Source: a virus (taxonomy: Duplodnaviria > Caudoviricetes). From it: a stretch of 25,570 nucleotides of DNA. The stretch is from the IMG/VR virus record IMGVR_UViG_3300020374_000835, positions 1 through 25,570 of that record, one strand, 5' to 3'. The stretch's first letter is position 1. Every line of letters begins with the position of its first letter. Below the pieces are notes generated by a model. That model was not told the DNA's origin. It searched no databases and saw only the letters and a program-made list of their open reading frames with translations. Positions 7,699 to 16,707 of this stretch are shown in pieces. The position numbers were made by a program, and so were the translations under genes.

Positions 7699-7811
7699 TA
7701 TATTGTTCCTTGCATGTAATTTAACAAAAGTGCTAGTAGATATATGAATCCACATATACTTGCAACGCCAATTAAATTTCTCTTTTTGACCATTTTTCTT
7801 ACATAGTGCAT
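7698..7811 (-). CDS. Small single-pass membrane protein, 37 aa (not in ORF track)
   Basis: MHYVRKMVKKRNLIGVASICGFIYLLALLLNYMQGTI*. TAATG overlaps at both ends; basic N-terminus followed by about 20 hydrophobic residues. Confidence 0.7.
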   Translation of the reverse strand: MHYVRKMVKKRNLIGVASICGFIYLLALLLNYMQGTI

Positions 7812-8044
7812 TAGTGTATACTCCCTTTCTCTTTTTGGTTGTGTTTTATAAATTCTTCCTTGGACCCGGGCTGTAGAAGTTCTACGACATCAAGTAACAT
7901 TTTATAGCCTTCTGTGTTTAGTGTTTCAGCGTTCATTTTTGGCATAATCACTTTTCCTATTGATCCATCCTTTTTTATTGTTATTGCACAATCTCCTTCT
8001 TCAAAATCTAAGTTGCCATCAATTTCTAATTTTATTCTAGACAA
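7811..8044 (-). CDS. Hypothetical protein, 77 aa
   Basis: In-operon ORF overlapping both neighbours. Confidence 0.7.
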   Translation of the reverse strand: MSRIKLEIDGNLDFEEGDCAITIKKDGSIGKVIMPKMNAETLNTEGYKMLLDVVELLQPGSKEEFIKHNQKEKGSIH

Positions 8045-8720
8045 TTTTTGCCTCCCTTGCCGTATCCTGTACCAACATATGATCAGCAGGATAACTTTTC
8101 AGTTTGCTTGGCCAGAAACTTGGATTGATAAACCTTTCTATCATTTGTAATTGTTCATCGTTAAAAGAGTTTAACATCCTTTTTCCTGCACTGCAACCTA
8201 ACAATAACCACGGACTTATCTTTCCTTGCTGTATGTGTTGCACTGCTCGGTTTGTGTTGACAAGTCTGAAGTAGTCGGACCATTGTGCGTTTTGTTCTGT
8301 AGCCCAATCCATCATTGTTGTTATGCTTCTCTGGAGTGCGGCCTCTACTGGTTCCGTTTTTAATGCCTCTATCAAATAAGTTTCATACAAATCATCTCTA
8401 GCCCAATGATCAAGTTTAATTTTTGACCTAAGCACGAAATTAATATACTTGTCAGGATACAATGGGTTGATATGCATTATAAATCTGCCAAATTTGACAA
8501 ACGCATTGTAGTATGCACTCTTAACAAATTCGTCATATGTTTTTGGTTTTGAATTGTGTTGATGTATCTGATAGAATCGTTGAAATACCATAAACGCATT
8601 TACTACCCATTTCTCATCCTTTTGTAGATATCTTCTCTTTGGTTCACATAAATGAACCTGCAGTGTACGTGCCTTAGCAAATTCCTTGCCACAGTATGTG
8701 CATCTATTCGTTGAGGCCAT
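8037..8720 (-). CDS. Zinc-finger phage protein, 227 aa
   Basis: N-terminal C-x2-C-x12-H-x-C (CTYCGKEFAKARTLQVHLC) followed by a helical body; lies in the replication operon. Confidence 0.75.
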   Translation of the reverse strand: MASTNRCTYCGKEFAKARTLQVHLCEPKRRYLQKDEKWVVNAFMVFQRFYQIHQHNSKPKTYDEFVKSAYYNAFVKFGRFIMHINPLYPDKYINFVLRSKIKLDHWARDDLYETYLIEALKTEPVEAALQRSITTMMDWATEQNAQWSDYFRLVNTNRAVQHIQQGKISPWLLLGCSAGKRMLNSFNDEQLQMIERFINPSFWPSKLKSYPADHMLVQDTAREAKIV

Positions 8721-9156
8721 GTGCTTCTATAAGTTCCTCTAGTTCTCGGTCTGTAATTACTTTATCCAGAGTTTCCAAGTCTGACTCTTTCCAAGTCGGG
8801 TATATCTGTTGCAGTTTTTTTAGACTCTTGTTAGGCACACGTTTCATTGGTTTTATCCAAGGATGGAATTGCTGTTGTAGTGATCCACACATGGCAGTCA
8901 GTATCCAAAGTAGTTTCTTGTGTTTGCCCAATGCGAAACAGTGTTTGTTGACGCACTCGTTGACCATCTCCACATAGTGTTCTACAAAGAATGTATCCTT
9001 TGCTGATGTATTTGATACATATCTCATCAGCATGTATGGTGAATACAAGGACTTTTCTTTGGCATCAATCCTGTCAAAATAGTCTTTGTTTCTAAAGTCT
9101 ACGGCCTTAAGACCATTTCTCAAGTCAAAAAATTTTTTATTTTTTTCTGCCGGCAT
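8704..9156 (-). CDS. gp62: Sliding-clamp loader small subunit (T4 gp62-like)
   Basis: YSPYMLMRYVS, EMVNECVN and FHPWIK match the gp62-family pattern; 150 aa; replication context. Confidence 0.6.
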   Translation of the reverse strand: MPAEKNKKFFDLRNGLKAVDFRNKDYFDRIDAKEKSLYSPYMLMRYVSNTSAKDTFFVEHYVEMVNECVNKHCFALGKHKKLLWILTAMCGSLQQQFHPWIKPMKRVPNKSLKKLQQIYPTWKESDLETLDKVITDRELEELIEAHGLNE

Positions 9157-9379
9157 ATTTTAGTCCAAACATTGTGCAGTCTTGTGCTGTCACAAAAGTT
9201 AATTTTATTTTATTTTGCATATGTTGTAAACCTGAAAGTTTTTTGTTAAGTTTATTTTTAGTAAGCCAATCAAAAAAATCCATGGCCCATTCTCCTTGAT
9301 CCATCCACACAGCTATCTTGTCGTTGGTAACCATTATAGGGGCGTCTATTTTTATAGATTTTCTACCAAACCGAGCCAT
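9137..9379 (-). CDS. Hypothetical protein, about 80 aa
   Basis: Start revised to ATG 9379 (MARFGRK), which gives a short overlap with the upstream gene. Confidence 0.65.
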   Translation of the reverse strand: MARFGRKSIKIDAPIMVTNDKIAVWMDQGEWAMDFFDWLTKNKLNKKLSGLQHMQNKIKLTFVTAQDCTMFGLKYAGRKK

Positions 9380-9866
9380 AATCAACCTGTTCACACTGTC
9401 TTGAAATTTCCTTTACAAAATACGCACACATAGGTTTTGGGCCATTGTTCAACGGCACAGCCAACATCTGTCCTGATTTAATTTTTGGGAAGTACCATTT
9501 GACTTCGGTGTAAATGTCTACGACGTCAATTGGATAGAAGTCCGGTTTTGGACTTGAAAGTGGATTGAAGGTGAATGCATCGAACCCTCTATCATTCAAA
9601 CTGGTTATTGGTAGCACGTGCATTTCGGACTGCCCGGCCTCCCCTATCAGCATCTTCCAATCCAATGGCATCTTTATTTTATGTGGTCCTATCTCTAAAA
9701 CTGCCGCTGGTGCATTAAAACTTTCTAAGAAAATTAGAGGTATGTAAAAGAAATCTGGATTGTTAGGATCTGAATTATCTAACACTGCGAACCTTAATTT
9801 CTCATCTACCCATTCCGGTATTTTTTCTAGTGTGTATGCTCTATCGTCTAGTGTAAGGATTTTCAT
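9363..9866 (-). CDS. Hypothetical protein, possibly a degenerate Hint (intein-like) fold
   Basis: 167-aa beta-rich ORF overlapping the uvsW 3' end; see findings. Confidence 0.65.
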   Translation of the reverse strand: MKILTLDDRAYTLEKIPEWVDEKLRFAVLDNSDPNNPDFFYIPLIFLESFNAPAAVLEIGPHKIKMPLDWKMLIGEAGQSEMHVLPITSLNDRGFDAFTFNPLSSPKPDFYPIDVVDIYTEVKWYFPKIKSGQMLAVPLNNGPKPMCAYFVKEISRQCEQVDYGSVW

Positions 9867-11310
9867 AATTTATCTTCTCTATATTATACGGATAATTTGC
9901 CTCTTTGTAAAACTTTTTCCTAGCACCCAAATGCCTTTTGGCAAACTTGCAACTGCTGGTAATGTCCCATATCTGTACACTGTCCTTGTCCTCAGCTTTC
10001 CTTATTCCCCTGCCAATGCTCTGTATTACTCGAATAAATGACTTGCCTGGTTCTATAAGAACAAGATTAAAAATCCGAGGAATATTAATGCCAACAGCGG
10101 CAACTCCATATGTGGCAATAATAACTTTATTTGTTGCAGTAGATATTTCATCGTATTGCTCCTTTCTTTCCATATTTTTAGTTGATCCTGATACAAACAC
10201 TGAACCAGGAATTTTTTTCTCAAGTAATTCACCTGCAGAGATTCTGTCGACAAGTATTAGTGTGTTACCAGAGGTTGCTATATCTTTAATTGTGTTTGCT
10301 ACCCAGGTCATTCTTGTTGTATCTGTGGTCAGCCATTTTAATTCTTCACTGTATGTTTTAAACTGTGGATGATCCTGTGTTTGTATCACATTGACGTGGC
10401 AGTTGGCAAGTACACCTTTGTCTTGTAGTTCACTTGCTTGTATTCTGTTTGCAACTTCACCTATACTACATTTCAAACCCATAAACTCATAATCAGCTTT
10501 TGGCACCGTGCCTGTTAGTCCCCAACGTATGCCACAGTGAGCAAACGGACCTGTTAGTAATCTTTTCAGCACATCGGCTTTTGCCATGTGTACCTCATCT
10601 ATGATCACTGTTTGTATTCCGTTACAGAATTCTTTGAACTCTGTGCTGTGTTCGTTTTTTGCTTTTTTTTCTAACACATTTAGACTCTGCCATGTGGCGA
10701 TTGTGTTGTATCTGCCTACTTCTTTTCTGTCACCGTAGTAGACACCTGTATCTAAATTACAAGCAAGGAAATCTTCTTCTGTTTGTGTGACGAGACTTTT
10801 GTTCGGCACAATAGTTATTGTCCTTCCGTATGGTTCGACCAATTGGCACAGTGCCGCTGTAATAATTGTCTTACCTGCGCCAGTGGCAATCTCCTGTATG
10901 CTTTGTGGATTCTCAATAAATTTATTCAGTGTTTCTACTTGATAATCTCGCAATACAATTGGCTGTCCCGCCGCTGGATGATTGTCTGGCCAAGTGATGT
11001 GAGATAGATAATCTTGTTTTACAGTCTTAAATTCAAAATTGTGTTTTGTTCTATGGTCAACAACATCAATGTATACGCCGCCTTCGTCTAGTATAGGTAC
11101 TATTTGGTCAACTAAATTTAGATATGTTGTACCTCCCAGCCCAAAAAATGAAACTTTGCCGTCCCATCTACCTAGTTTCACCGCCGGAAGATGTCTTGCG
11201 TATGGTATTTCGTATTTGAACTTATTCGAAAGACGTTTCCTCCAGTCTAGAGATAGATTCTCAAACTTCACATTTACTTCGTCTTTTATTACTAATTTGC
11301 AACTGCTCAT
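9841..11310 (-). CDS. uvsW: SF2 DNA helicase, UvsW-like
   Basis: LRDYQ, ATGAGKT, IIDEVH, GLTGT and QSIGRGIR; UvsW-type N-terminus (RWDGKVSFF). Confidence 0.9.
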   Translation of the reverse strand: MSSCKLVIKDEVNVKFENLSLDWRKRLSNKFKYEIPYARHLPAVKLGRWDGKVSFFGLGGTTYLNLVDQIVPILDEGGVYIDVVDHRTKHNFEFKTVKQDYLSHITWPDNHPAAGQPIVLRDYQVETLNKFIENPQSIQEIATGAGKTIITAALCQLVEPYGRTITIVPNKSLVTQTEEDFLACNLDTGVYYGDRKEVGRYNTIATWQSLNVLEKKAKNEHSTEFKEFCNGIQTVIIDEVHMAKADVLKRLLTGPFAHCGIRWGLTGTVPKADYEFMGLKCSIGEVANRIQASELQDKGVLANCHVNVIQTQDHPQFKTYSEELKWLTTDTTRMTWVANTIKDIATSGNTLILVDRISAGELLEKKIPGSVFVSGSTKNMERKEQYDEISTATNKVIIATYGVAAVGINIPRIFNLVLIEPGKSFIRVIQSIGRGIRKAEDKDSVQIWDITSSCKFAKRHLGARKKFYKEANYPYNIEKINYENPYTRR

Positions 11311-11311
11311 T

Positions 11312-12670
11312 CTAAAGTTTTCTTATAATATGATCATGCCAATCCCAACTACTCGGCTGATGATCACTATAATACAACTTTTTTGGAAGATTTTCAAGAA
11401 GTCTTTTTAGATTGTCTGTGCCCGTAGCATAATAACCACCGCCAACTGCTACCAACGAAGCTTTTGGTTTAATTTTACTCTTTATCAATGCCCTTGGTAT
11501 TCGATTCCTTACAAATATAATTTTGGTATTATCACTGATCAATTTAAATTGTTTACTCATTTGATGTAATTCATATAAGTTCTGGAAGAACTCGTGAGGC
11601 TTTTGATTATCAACCAACCAGTGTCTGTCATTAGTAAATTTATCTATGTCTTTTTTGTACATTGGCTCTTTTACATCAAATCCCCATGAACAATCATTTA
11701 ATATATCGATCCCGTTAGCTTTAAAACAATCTAGCCATTCCCAAAAATTTTTTACATCTTCCTCCGCGTGTATATCACCACTTATTGGAACTAGTAAAGG
11801 GAAACAACTAAGTTCTAATAGTCCGGCAACCACTTCTCGCTTTGTATAACTTTGAGAATCTATCCATAACTTATGATGATTCTTATGTGCTATGCGATCA
11901 CCTACTCTTGTATTAGCAGGTACGTTTATCCCTGTAGTGGATATACTAAAATTTTTTAGGGCATCGACTTGATGTAATGGTTTTTTATTTTTAAAGTTTT
12001 TATCCCAATAATCTTGGAGTGATTCGGCGGCATGATCTATAACGATTTCATTACCTACAAGCCTTGCTGTTGGCTGTCTGTGACCGACTATATCTTTCTT
12101 TATTTCTTCATAGTCATTTAAAAGACTGTCATCACTAAATTTAAAATCATATCTTACAGCTATCAGTGTAAGATAATATGCCGTAACATCACTATGAACG
12201 AAAGTCCATTTTTTTGTCTCTCCATCATACTGGCAGTAACCCATAGGCATATTGCGTTTATCTTTCAAACACCTTATAAGTTGTATTACTTTTTTGTTAT
12301 AAGGAAATTTTATTTCTATTTTTATTTCGTTGTTATCATCAGTGTACTTTTCAATGCTTTTGTTTAAACTTATCACACGAAATTCATGTTCATAAACAGG
12401 ATTATCTAATAATTTTTTTATGTCAATGCCGTATGCTTTGAACTTTGTAAGGTATCTTTTCAAGATTACCAAAGCTAATTTGCCTTGCTTCTCTGTCCAT
12501 GGATATTGGGCCTCTGCCAGCGATCTTACTGTTTCATGGTCCTTTGGGTGTGGCCTTATTACGGCTGTGTTTCCCAACATTGTAGGATTTGCCCAAAAAT
12601 AATCATTATATGCTAGTATTTTAAGTGCTTCGTTAATGGTTTTTGGCAAATCTGTGTGCATATCAGTCAT
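11312..12670 (-). CDS. Hypothetical protein, 452 aa, with a possible HARP-like domain
   Basis: First gene of the uvsW operon. IEIKFPYNKKVIQLIR...YDGETKKWTF resembles HARP-type motifs; no ATPase motifs. Confidence 0.65.
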   Translation of the reverse strand: MTDMHTDLPKTINEALKILAYNDYFWANPTMLGNTAVIRPHPKDHETVRSLAEAQYPWTEKQGKLALVILKRYLTKFKAYGIDIKKLLDNPVYEHEFRVISLNKSIEKYTDDNNEIKIEIKFPYNKKVIQLIRCLKDKRNMPMGYCQYDGETKKWTFVHSDVTAYYLTLIAVRYDFKFSDDSLLNDYEEIKKDIVGHRQPTARLVGNEIVIDHAAESLQDYWDKNFKNKKPLHQVDALKNFSISTTGINVPANTRVGDRIAHKNHHKLWIDSQSYTKREVVAGLLELSCFPLLVPISGDIHAEEDVKNFWEWLDCFKANGIDILNDCSWGFDVKEPMYKKDIDKFTNDRHWLVDNQKPHEFFQNLYELHQMSKQFKLISDNTKIIFVRNRIPRALIKSKIKPKASLVAVGGGYYATGTDNLKRLLENLPKKLYYSDHQPSSWDWHDHIIRKL

Positions 12671-12694
12671 GGTATTTTAGATAATTATTAGTAT

Positions 12695-12722
12695 ATTATA
12701 GCATAATTGGTAATATAGTCAA
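12695..12722 (-). promoter_or_regulatory. Sigma70-type early promoter with extended -10
   Basis: Minus strand reads TTGACT-N16-TATAAT, with TG-N before the -10 (TATGCTATAAT); 24 nt upstream of ATG 12670. Confidence 0.7.
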
Positions 12723-12724
12723 CC

Positions 12725-13201
12725 ATGAAAAAAACAAAAAGTAAAAAAGTAAATGTGAGGAAACAACTTAAAGTTAGGTTGGAAAATACTCTAATAAGAA
12801 ACAAAAATATAGTAGGATATAAGCCTACGGAACAACAGGCATATCACTGGTTCAGGATTATAAACAGAGGTCTGTTCAACGGAAGATTACCAATGGTGTC
12901 TTTACAGGTGAAGAGATTACATAAGGATTGGGGAAGATGTGTTGCAAATTGGGATAATAGAAAAACTCCAAAAGGGAAGTTTGATCAAAGGGTAATTCCT
13001 TTCCATATACCTGTTGAATTTTACATTGAACTGCATTGTAAGTTTCCAACATGGAAGGACTTTATTGAAACATTGTCTCACGAAATGGTACACTTATATC
13101 AAATGACATGGTTGAAAGATCCTTACTCGAATCACAATTCTAATTTTTACGCTTGGAAAAATAAATTTAAACAGGCTGGACTCAACCTATCTAGGTGTTA
13201 G
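12725..13201 (+). CDS. SprT-like zinc metalloprotease
   Basis: FNGRLP, WGRC, FIETLSHEMVH (HExxH) and downstream HNSNF (third ligand). Confidence 0.8.
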   Translation: MKKTKSKKVNVRKQLKVRLENTLIRNKNIVGYKPTEQQAYHWFRIINRGLFNGRLPMVSLQVKRLHKDWGRCVANWDNRKTPKGKFDQRVIPFHIPVEFYIELHCKFPTWKDFIETLSHEMVHLYQMTWLKDPYSNHNSNFYAWKNKFKQAGLNLSRC

Positions 13202-13939
13202 TTCCTTATCAAGCTCAGCATAACTTATTACTCTGCTATTGCCTAAGTCGGTTCCTGTCTGTAGATGATGTAGGTACTCAGGAGGGTTGTCATGCACCAC
13301 TGTAAACTTAACGTAAGGCCTCATTTTAATACAGTCTCTAAATTGTTTTAACCATCCATCGTAGACTGCATCGCCGTTGCGTTCTCCATAACATGGCGTA
13401 TCTTGATAGATGTTATTCAATTTACCTTTTCCGTATTCTTTAAAGTCATATCCAATCAAGTATATATTTTTATGTCCATGCACACATGCTGTCCAGAACG
13501 CCTGGTTACCTGATATCCAGTGTGGGTTGTTAGGTATGAGATGTATCATTCCTTTGCTGTGCTTACGATTTACCTCCAATGATGGTGCATAATGTATTGT
13601 TTTTTTTCCAACCTTATCTAGACACATCTGGGCAGTCATCTTTGCATCAACACTAAAAATGAAATCAGGAATAAAATCTCGATACAGTGCATTACAACCG
13701 TATGTCTGTCCATGTGCTTTTAGTCTGCTAAGATCAAAACCCTTTCGTGAAGGGCCGTTTCCAATACAATAGGCATTACCCCTTGGTACAGCTTTAACTT
13801 TATCTTCGTAAAATGCTTTTTCTTCAATACGTTTACCTTTACGTATGATTGTGTTTAAAATAATTTCTTCTCCGGTATACTTTTGCCATTCGATTGGAAT
13901 GACTTTGTTGTTCTTATTAACTCTAAAGGTCTGTACCAT
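13187..13939 (-). CDS. Maf/DUF115 (MptE-like, sialyltransferase-like) transferase
   Basis: AYCIGNGPS, YGCNALYR, PDFIFSVD, SGNQA and GHKNIYLIGYD. Confidence 0.7.
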   Translation of the reverse strand: MVQTFRVNKNNKVIPIEWQKYTGEEIILNTIIRKGKRIEEKAFYEDKVKAVPRGNAYCIGNGPSRKGFDLSRLKAHGQTYGCNALYRDFIPDFIFSVDAKMTAQMCLDKVGKKTIHYAPSLEVNRKHSKGMIHLIPNNPHWISGNQAFWTACVHGHKNIYLIGYDFKEYGKGKLNNIYQDTPCYGERNGDAVYDGWLKQFRDCIKMRPYVKFTVVHDNPPEYLHHLQTGTDLGNSRVISYAELDKELTPR

Positions 13940-14807
13940 AATATTTTTCCTCTAGTCTTTTCTTTATACGTTTCCATGGTAGTCCCTTTTCAATTTCATC
14001 CGGCCACCATTCAGTAAATGCCAATTTATTTGCCCAGCCTTGTCTATCTGGCATCTTAGGATTATTGATGTTATCAAATGTTATGTTACCGATATCATAA
14101 CTTAAACTTGCCTCCGAGACATACACAGGTATTCCATGCACTGCCGCAGTAATGGCAGGGTTACTTGAATAACTTACTAATGCCCATGCGGATTTCAATC
14201 TCTCTGTCAGGTCAGTGTCGTCATAGGTATTTTTGTCTCTTCGCGGACCAACTATCTTGACATTTTTGTATTTGCCGGTATCAATTTCAACATGGTTCCT
14301 AGGGTGTGGCCTAATGATAATAGGCTTATCGGTGTGTTTCCTAATTTTTATTATCTGTTGGTCAAACCATTTTGACATAGGAAGATTATTACGCCACTGA
14401 TGACTGCTTGTATGTTGTCCACATAAAATAATGTCTTCTCCTGTCTGCTTCCAGGGTTTAAGTTGAATGTTAAATTTTTTCCAACGTTCGGCATCAACAT
14501 TTTGATTTGCAAAGTCGGCTTCTCTATTCACCCCGTTGATACCAATTTTCCAAGTTTCATTTCTTTTGATACCACCTACCTCTATCACTATAACAGGCTT
14601 GTTTAATTTCCTATATCTGTCCCAGACATCTTTATATTTTCGCATACGTCCTTGCCATAGTACACTCCATATGACGGCTACGTCTGCATCTGGTGCCTGT
14701 TTGTTTTCCCAAACTTGTTCTCCGGATGCCCTTAACGATTTAATAAATTTCGCAAAAATATCTTTTGAATTTAAAGGACCATGTGCCGGCCATACTTCTA
14801 TCTTCAT
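13923..14807 (-). CDS. KpsC/KpsS-like (capsule-synthesis family) glycosyltransferase, paralogue 1
   Basis: PIIIRPHPRN, VSYSSNPAITAAVHGIPV and LAFTEWWPDEI. Confidence 0.7.
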   Translation of the reverse strand: MKIEVWPAHGPLNSKDIFAKFIKSLRASGEQVWENKQAPDADVAVIWSVLWQGRMRKYKDVWDRYRKLNKPVIVIEVGGIKRNETWKIGINGVNREADFANQNVDAERWKKFNIQLKPWKQTGEDIILCGQHTSSHQWRNNLPMSKWFDQQIIKIRKHTDKPIIIRPHPRNHVEIDTGKYKNVKIVGPRRDKNTYDDTDLTERLKSAWALVSYSSNPAITAAVHGIPVYVSEASLSYDIGNITFDNINNPKMPDRQGWANKLAFTEWWPDEIEKGLPWKRIKKRLEEKYYGTDL

Positions 14808-15724
14808 CAGTTGCCCTGCTTTCCTTTAGCAACTTTGCTTACTATATCCTCGGCCTGTTTGGCATCAAATTTTATTCCTCGAAACGGATCATAGTTTTCA
14901 ACGTTCTGCCAGTAATCCTCATCACGAACACCTCGTAGATCGCTTTTACTACTCTTACCTAAAACCTTTCTTTTACCTTTCATGTGATCTATGTAACCAC
15001 CCAGGACGCTGTTAATGAACACATGGTGTCCTTTTGCACCTGCACCCTTACCTATGTCCACTCCATCGTTTGGTGCAATTCTTTTTACGCATTGCCAAAA
15101 TACATAACTGTCGTGCCATTCTAGCTCTTTAAATATTTTGTCACTTATATATAGATCGGTCCAGTATTGCATAAATTCTTTTATCTTTGGATGCCTTTTG
15201 TTGTAGCACACCCACCCACACTCCGGATACTTGGCTCCCCTACCAAGATAGTTTACTAATTTGTTACTTGGTAAGAGTCCTGTGACGAAGTCAGTTGTAA
15301 TCTTTCTAAATGTAAAAGTGTCTGCATCCAGCCATAAAATATAATCTGCTTCTATAGTTTTGATAGCATGGTCCACTGCAAATGTTTTATGTGAGAACCT
15401 AACTGCGTCCCACAGATACGAGCCCTTACCCTTATCGTTTTTTCCTGCCGAAGGGTCTCTCCTTACTCCCCCTGCAACCTCATGTATTTCTCCATTTGCC
15501 ACAGGATCGTCTTTGTGCCTTTGCTTAAATTTTACGAGAGCTGGGTTGACATCCTCGATATTGATAAACTTAACTTTTGCATTGTTGAATTTGGGTCTAG
15601 TGCCTTCGTAGTATGCATGAAGCAGAACATCATCAGGCCAAAATTTGACATGACTTTCTATCATTCTCTTTGCATATGCTGTCCATCTATTTGGGGGGAA
15701 AGTTGTTACTACAGCTAGTTTCAT
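14807..15724 (-). CDS. GT-A fold glycosyltransferase (nucleotide-diphospho-sugar transferase), 305 aa
   Basis: Start revised to ATG 15724 (TAATG overlap; MKLAVVTT). DAVRFSHK, DxD motif LWLDADT, EWHDSYVF and DHMKG. Confidence 0.75.
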   Translation of the reverse strand: MKLAVVTTFPPNRWTAYAKRMIESHVKFWPDDVLLHAYYEGTRPKFNNAKVKFINIEDVNPALVKFKQRHKDDPVANGEIHEVAGGVRRDPSAGKNDKGKGSYLWDAVRFSHKTFAVDHAIKTIEADYILWLDADTFTFRKITTDFVTGLLPSNKLVNYLGRGAKYPECGWVCYNKRHPKIKEFMQYWTDLYISDKIFKELEWHDSYVFWQCVKRIAPNDGVDIGKGAGAKGHHVFINSVLGGYIDHMKGKRKVLGKSSKSDLRGVRDEDYWQNVENYDPFRGIKFDAKQAEDIVSKVAKGKQGN

Positions 15725-16707
15725 TATAATCCTAATTTTTGTTTGAACCTTTTGTACACTGTTCCGTCTCTTATTTCTTTGATACTCCACATTTTATAGC
15801 CTAGATCATTTACCCACTGGGTCCTGGATGGATATTCTGGACTTTCGATTCTTGTTAGATCCTTGTTTGCTACTGGCCAACAAAGTGCAAGATCTGAGGT
15901 AACAAAGGTAGGGACTCCACGAATGCAAGAGTCGACGCTGGCAGTAGAATTGTGAGTAACAAAAGCATGGCAATTATTTAATGCGTCTTGGAAGTTGAAT
16001 CTGTAGTGCTTTTTCTCATCTCCAACAAAATTTTTTTGTGTGTATTGTAATTCTATATCCGTAGGAAGTTCTTTCCTACGCTCTAATATATTTGATACAT
16101 TGTTAGGGTGAGGTCTTACAATAAACTTTCTTTTAGTGATCGGCCTTAATTTTTTATATACATCGTTGAACCAATCTATAGGATCAAGTTCGTTCATACT
16201 CCAGTTGTCTTTTGGTTGTAGTCCGAATAAGATCGGATCTTCTGTATTAGATTTTCTCCACGGCTCATATTTTACATGAAATTTGTCAACCAACATCTGC
16301 CAGCGATCACTTGGACTGTTATCCGATAGAAAATTGCCATCATTCATTGGTGTGTATAGTGATACTCTAAAATGGTGATCAGGAGAAGTAGAAACGTTTC
16401 CAAAACTAGAAAGTAATCCACCATCAAATGTAATTAATGGAATTTTTTTGGCTCTACAGTTGTCTGCAAGTTCTCTACGTCTGCCTTTTGTATGATGCAT
16501 TTGTTTATCACCGCCATAGCCGAACATTGCCGCCATTGGTGCCGTTGGCTCCATCTCACCTTTTACAGTTGGACCAGATCTATTTTCATGGACAATTACT
16601 GCTTCATCTCCGGACGCCTCTATTCCTTCTTTAAGATGATACAAAAGCTCGTAGCTATTACCACGTCTTCGATCTTTGACTGTCCTTCTAAAAATTTCAA
16701 CTTTCAT
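15724..16707 (-). CDS. KpsC/KpsS-like glycosyltransferase, paralogue 2
   Basis: LQPKDNWS, FIVRPHPNN, FVTHNSTASVDSCIRGVPTF and LGYKMWSIKEI. Confidence 0.7.
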   Translation of the reverse strand: MKVEIFRRTVKDRRRGNSYELLYHLKEGIEASGDEAVIVHENRSGPTVKGEMEPTAPMAAMFGYGGDKQMHHTKGRRRELADNCRAKKIPLITFDGGLLSSFGNVSTSPDHHFRVSLYTPMNDGNFLSDNSPSDRWQMLVDKFHVKYEPWRKSNTEDPILFGLQPKDNWSMNELDPIDWFNDVYKKLRPITKRKFIVRPHPNNVSNILERRKELPTDIELQYTQKNFVGDEKKHYRFNFQDALNNCHAFVTHNSTASVDSCIRGVPTFVTSDLALCWPVANKDLTRIESPEYPSRTQWVNDLGYKMWSIKEIRDGTVYKRFKQKLGL

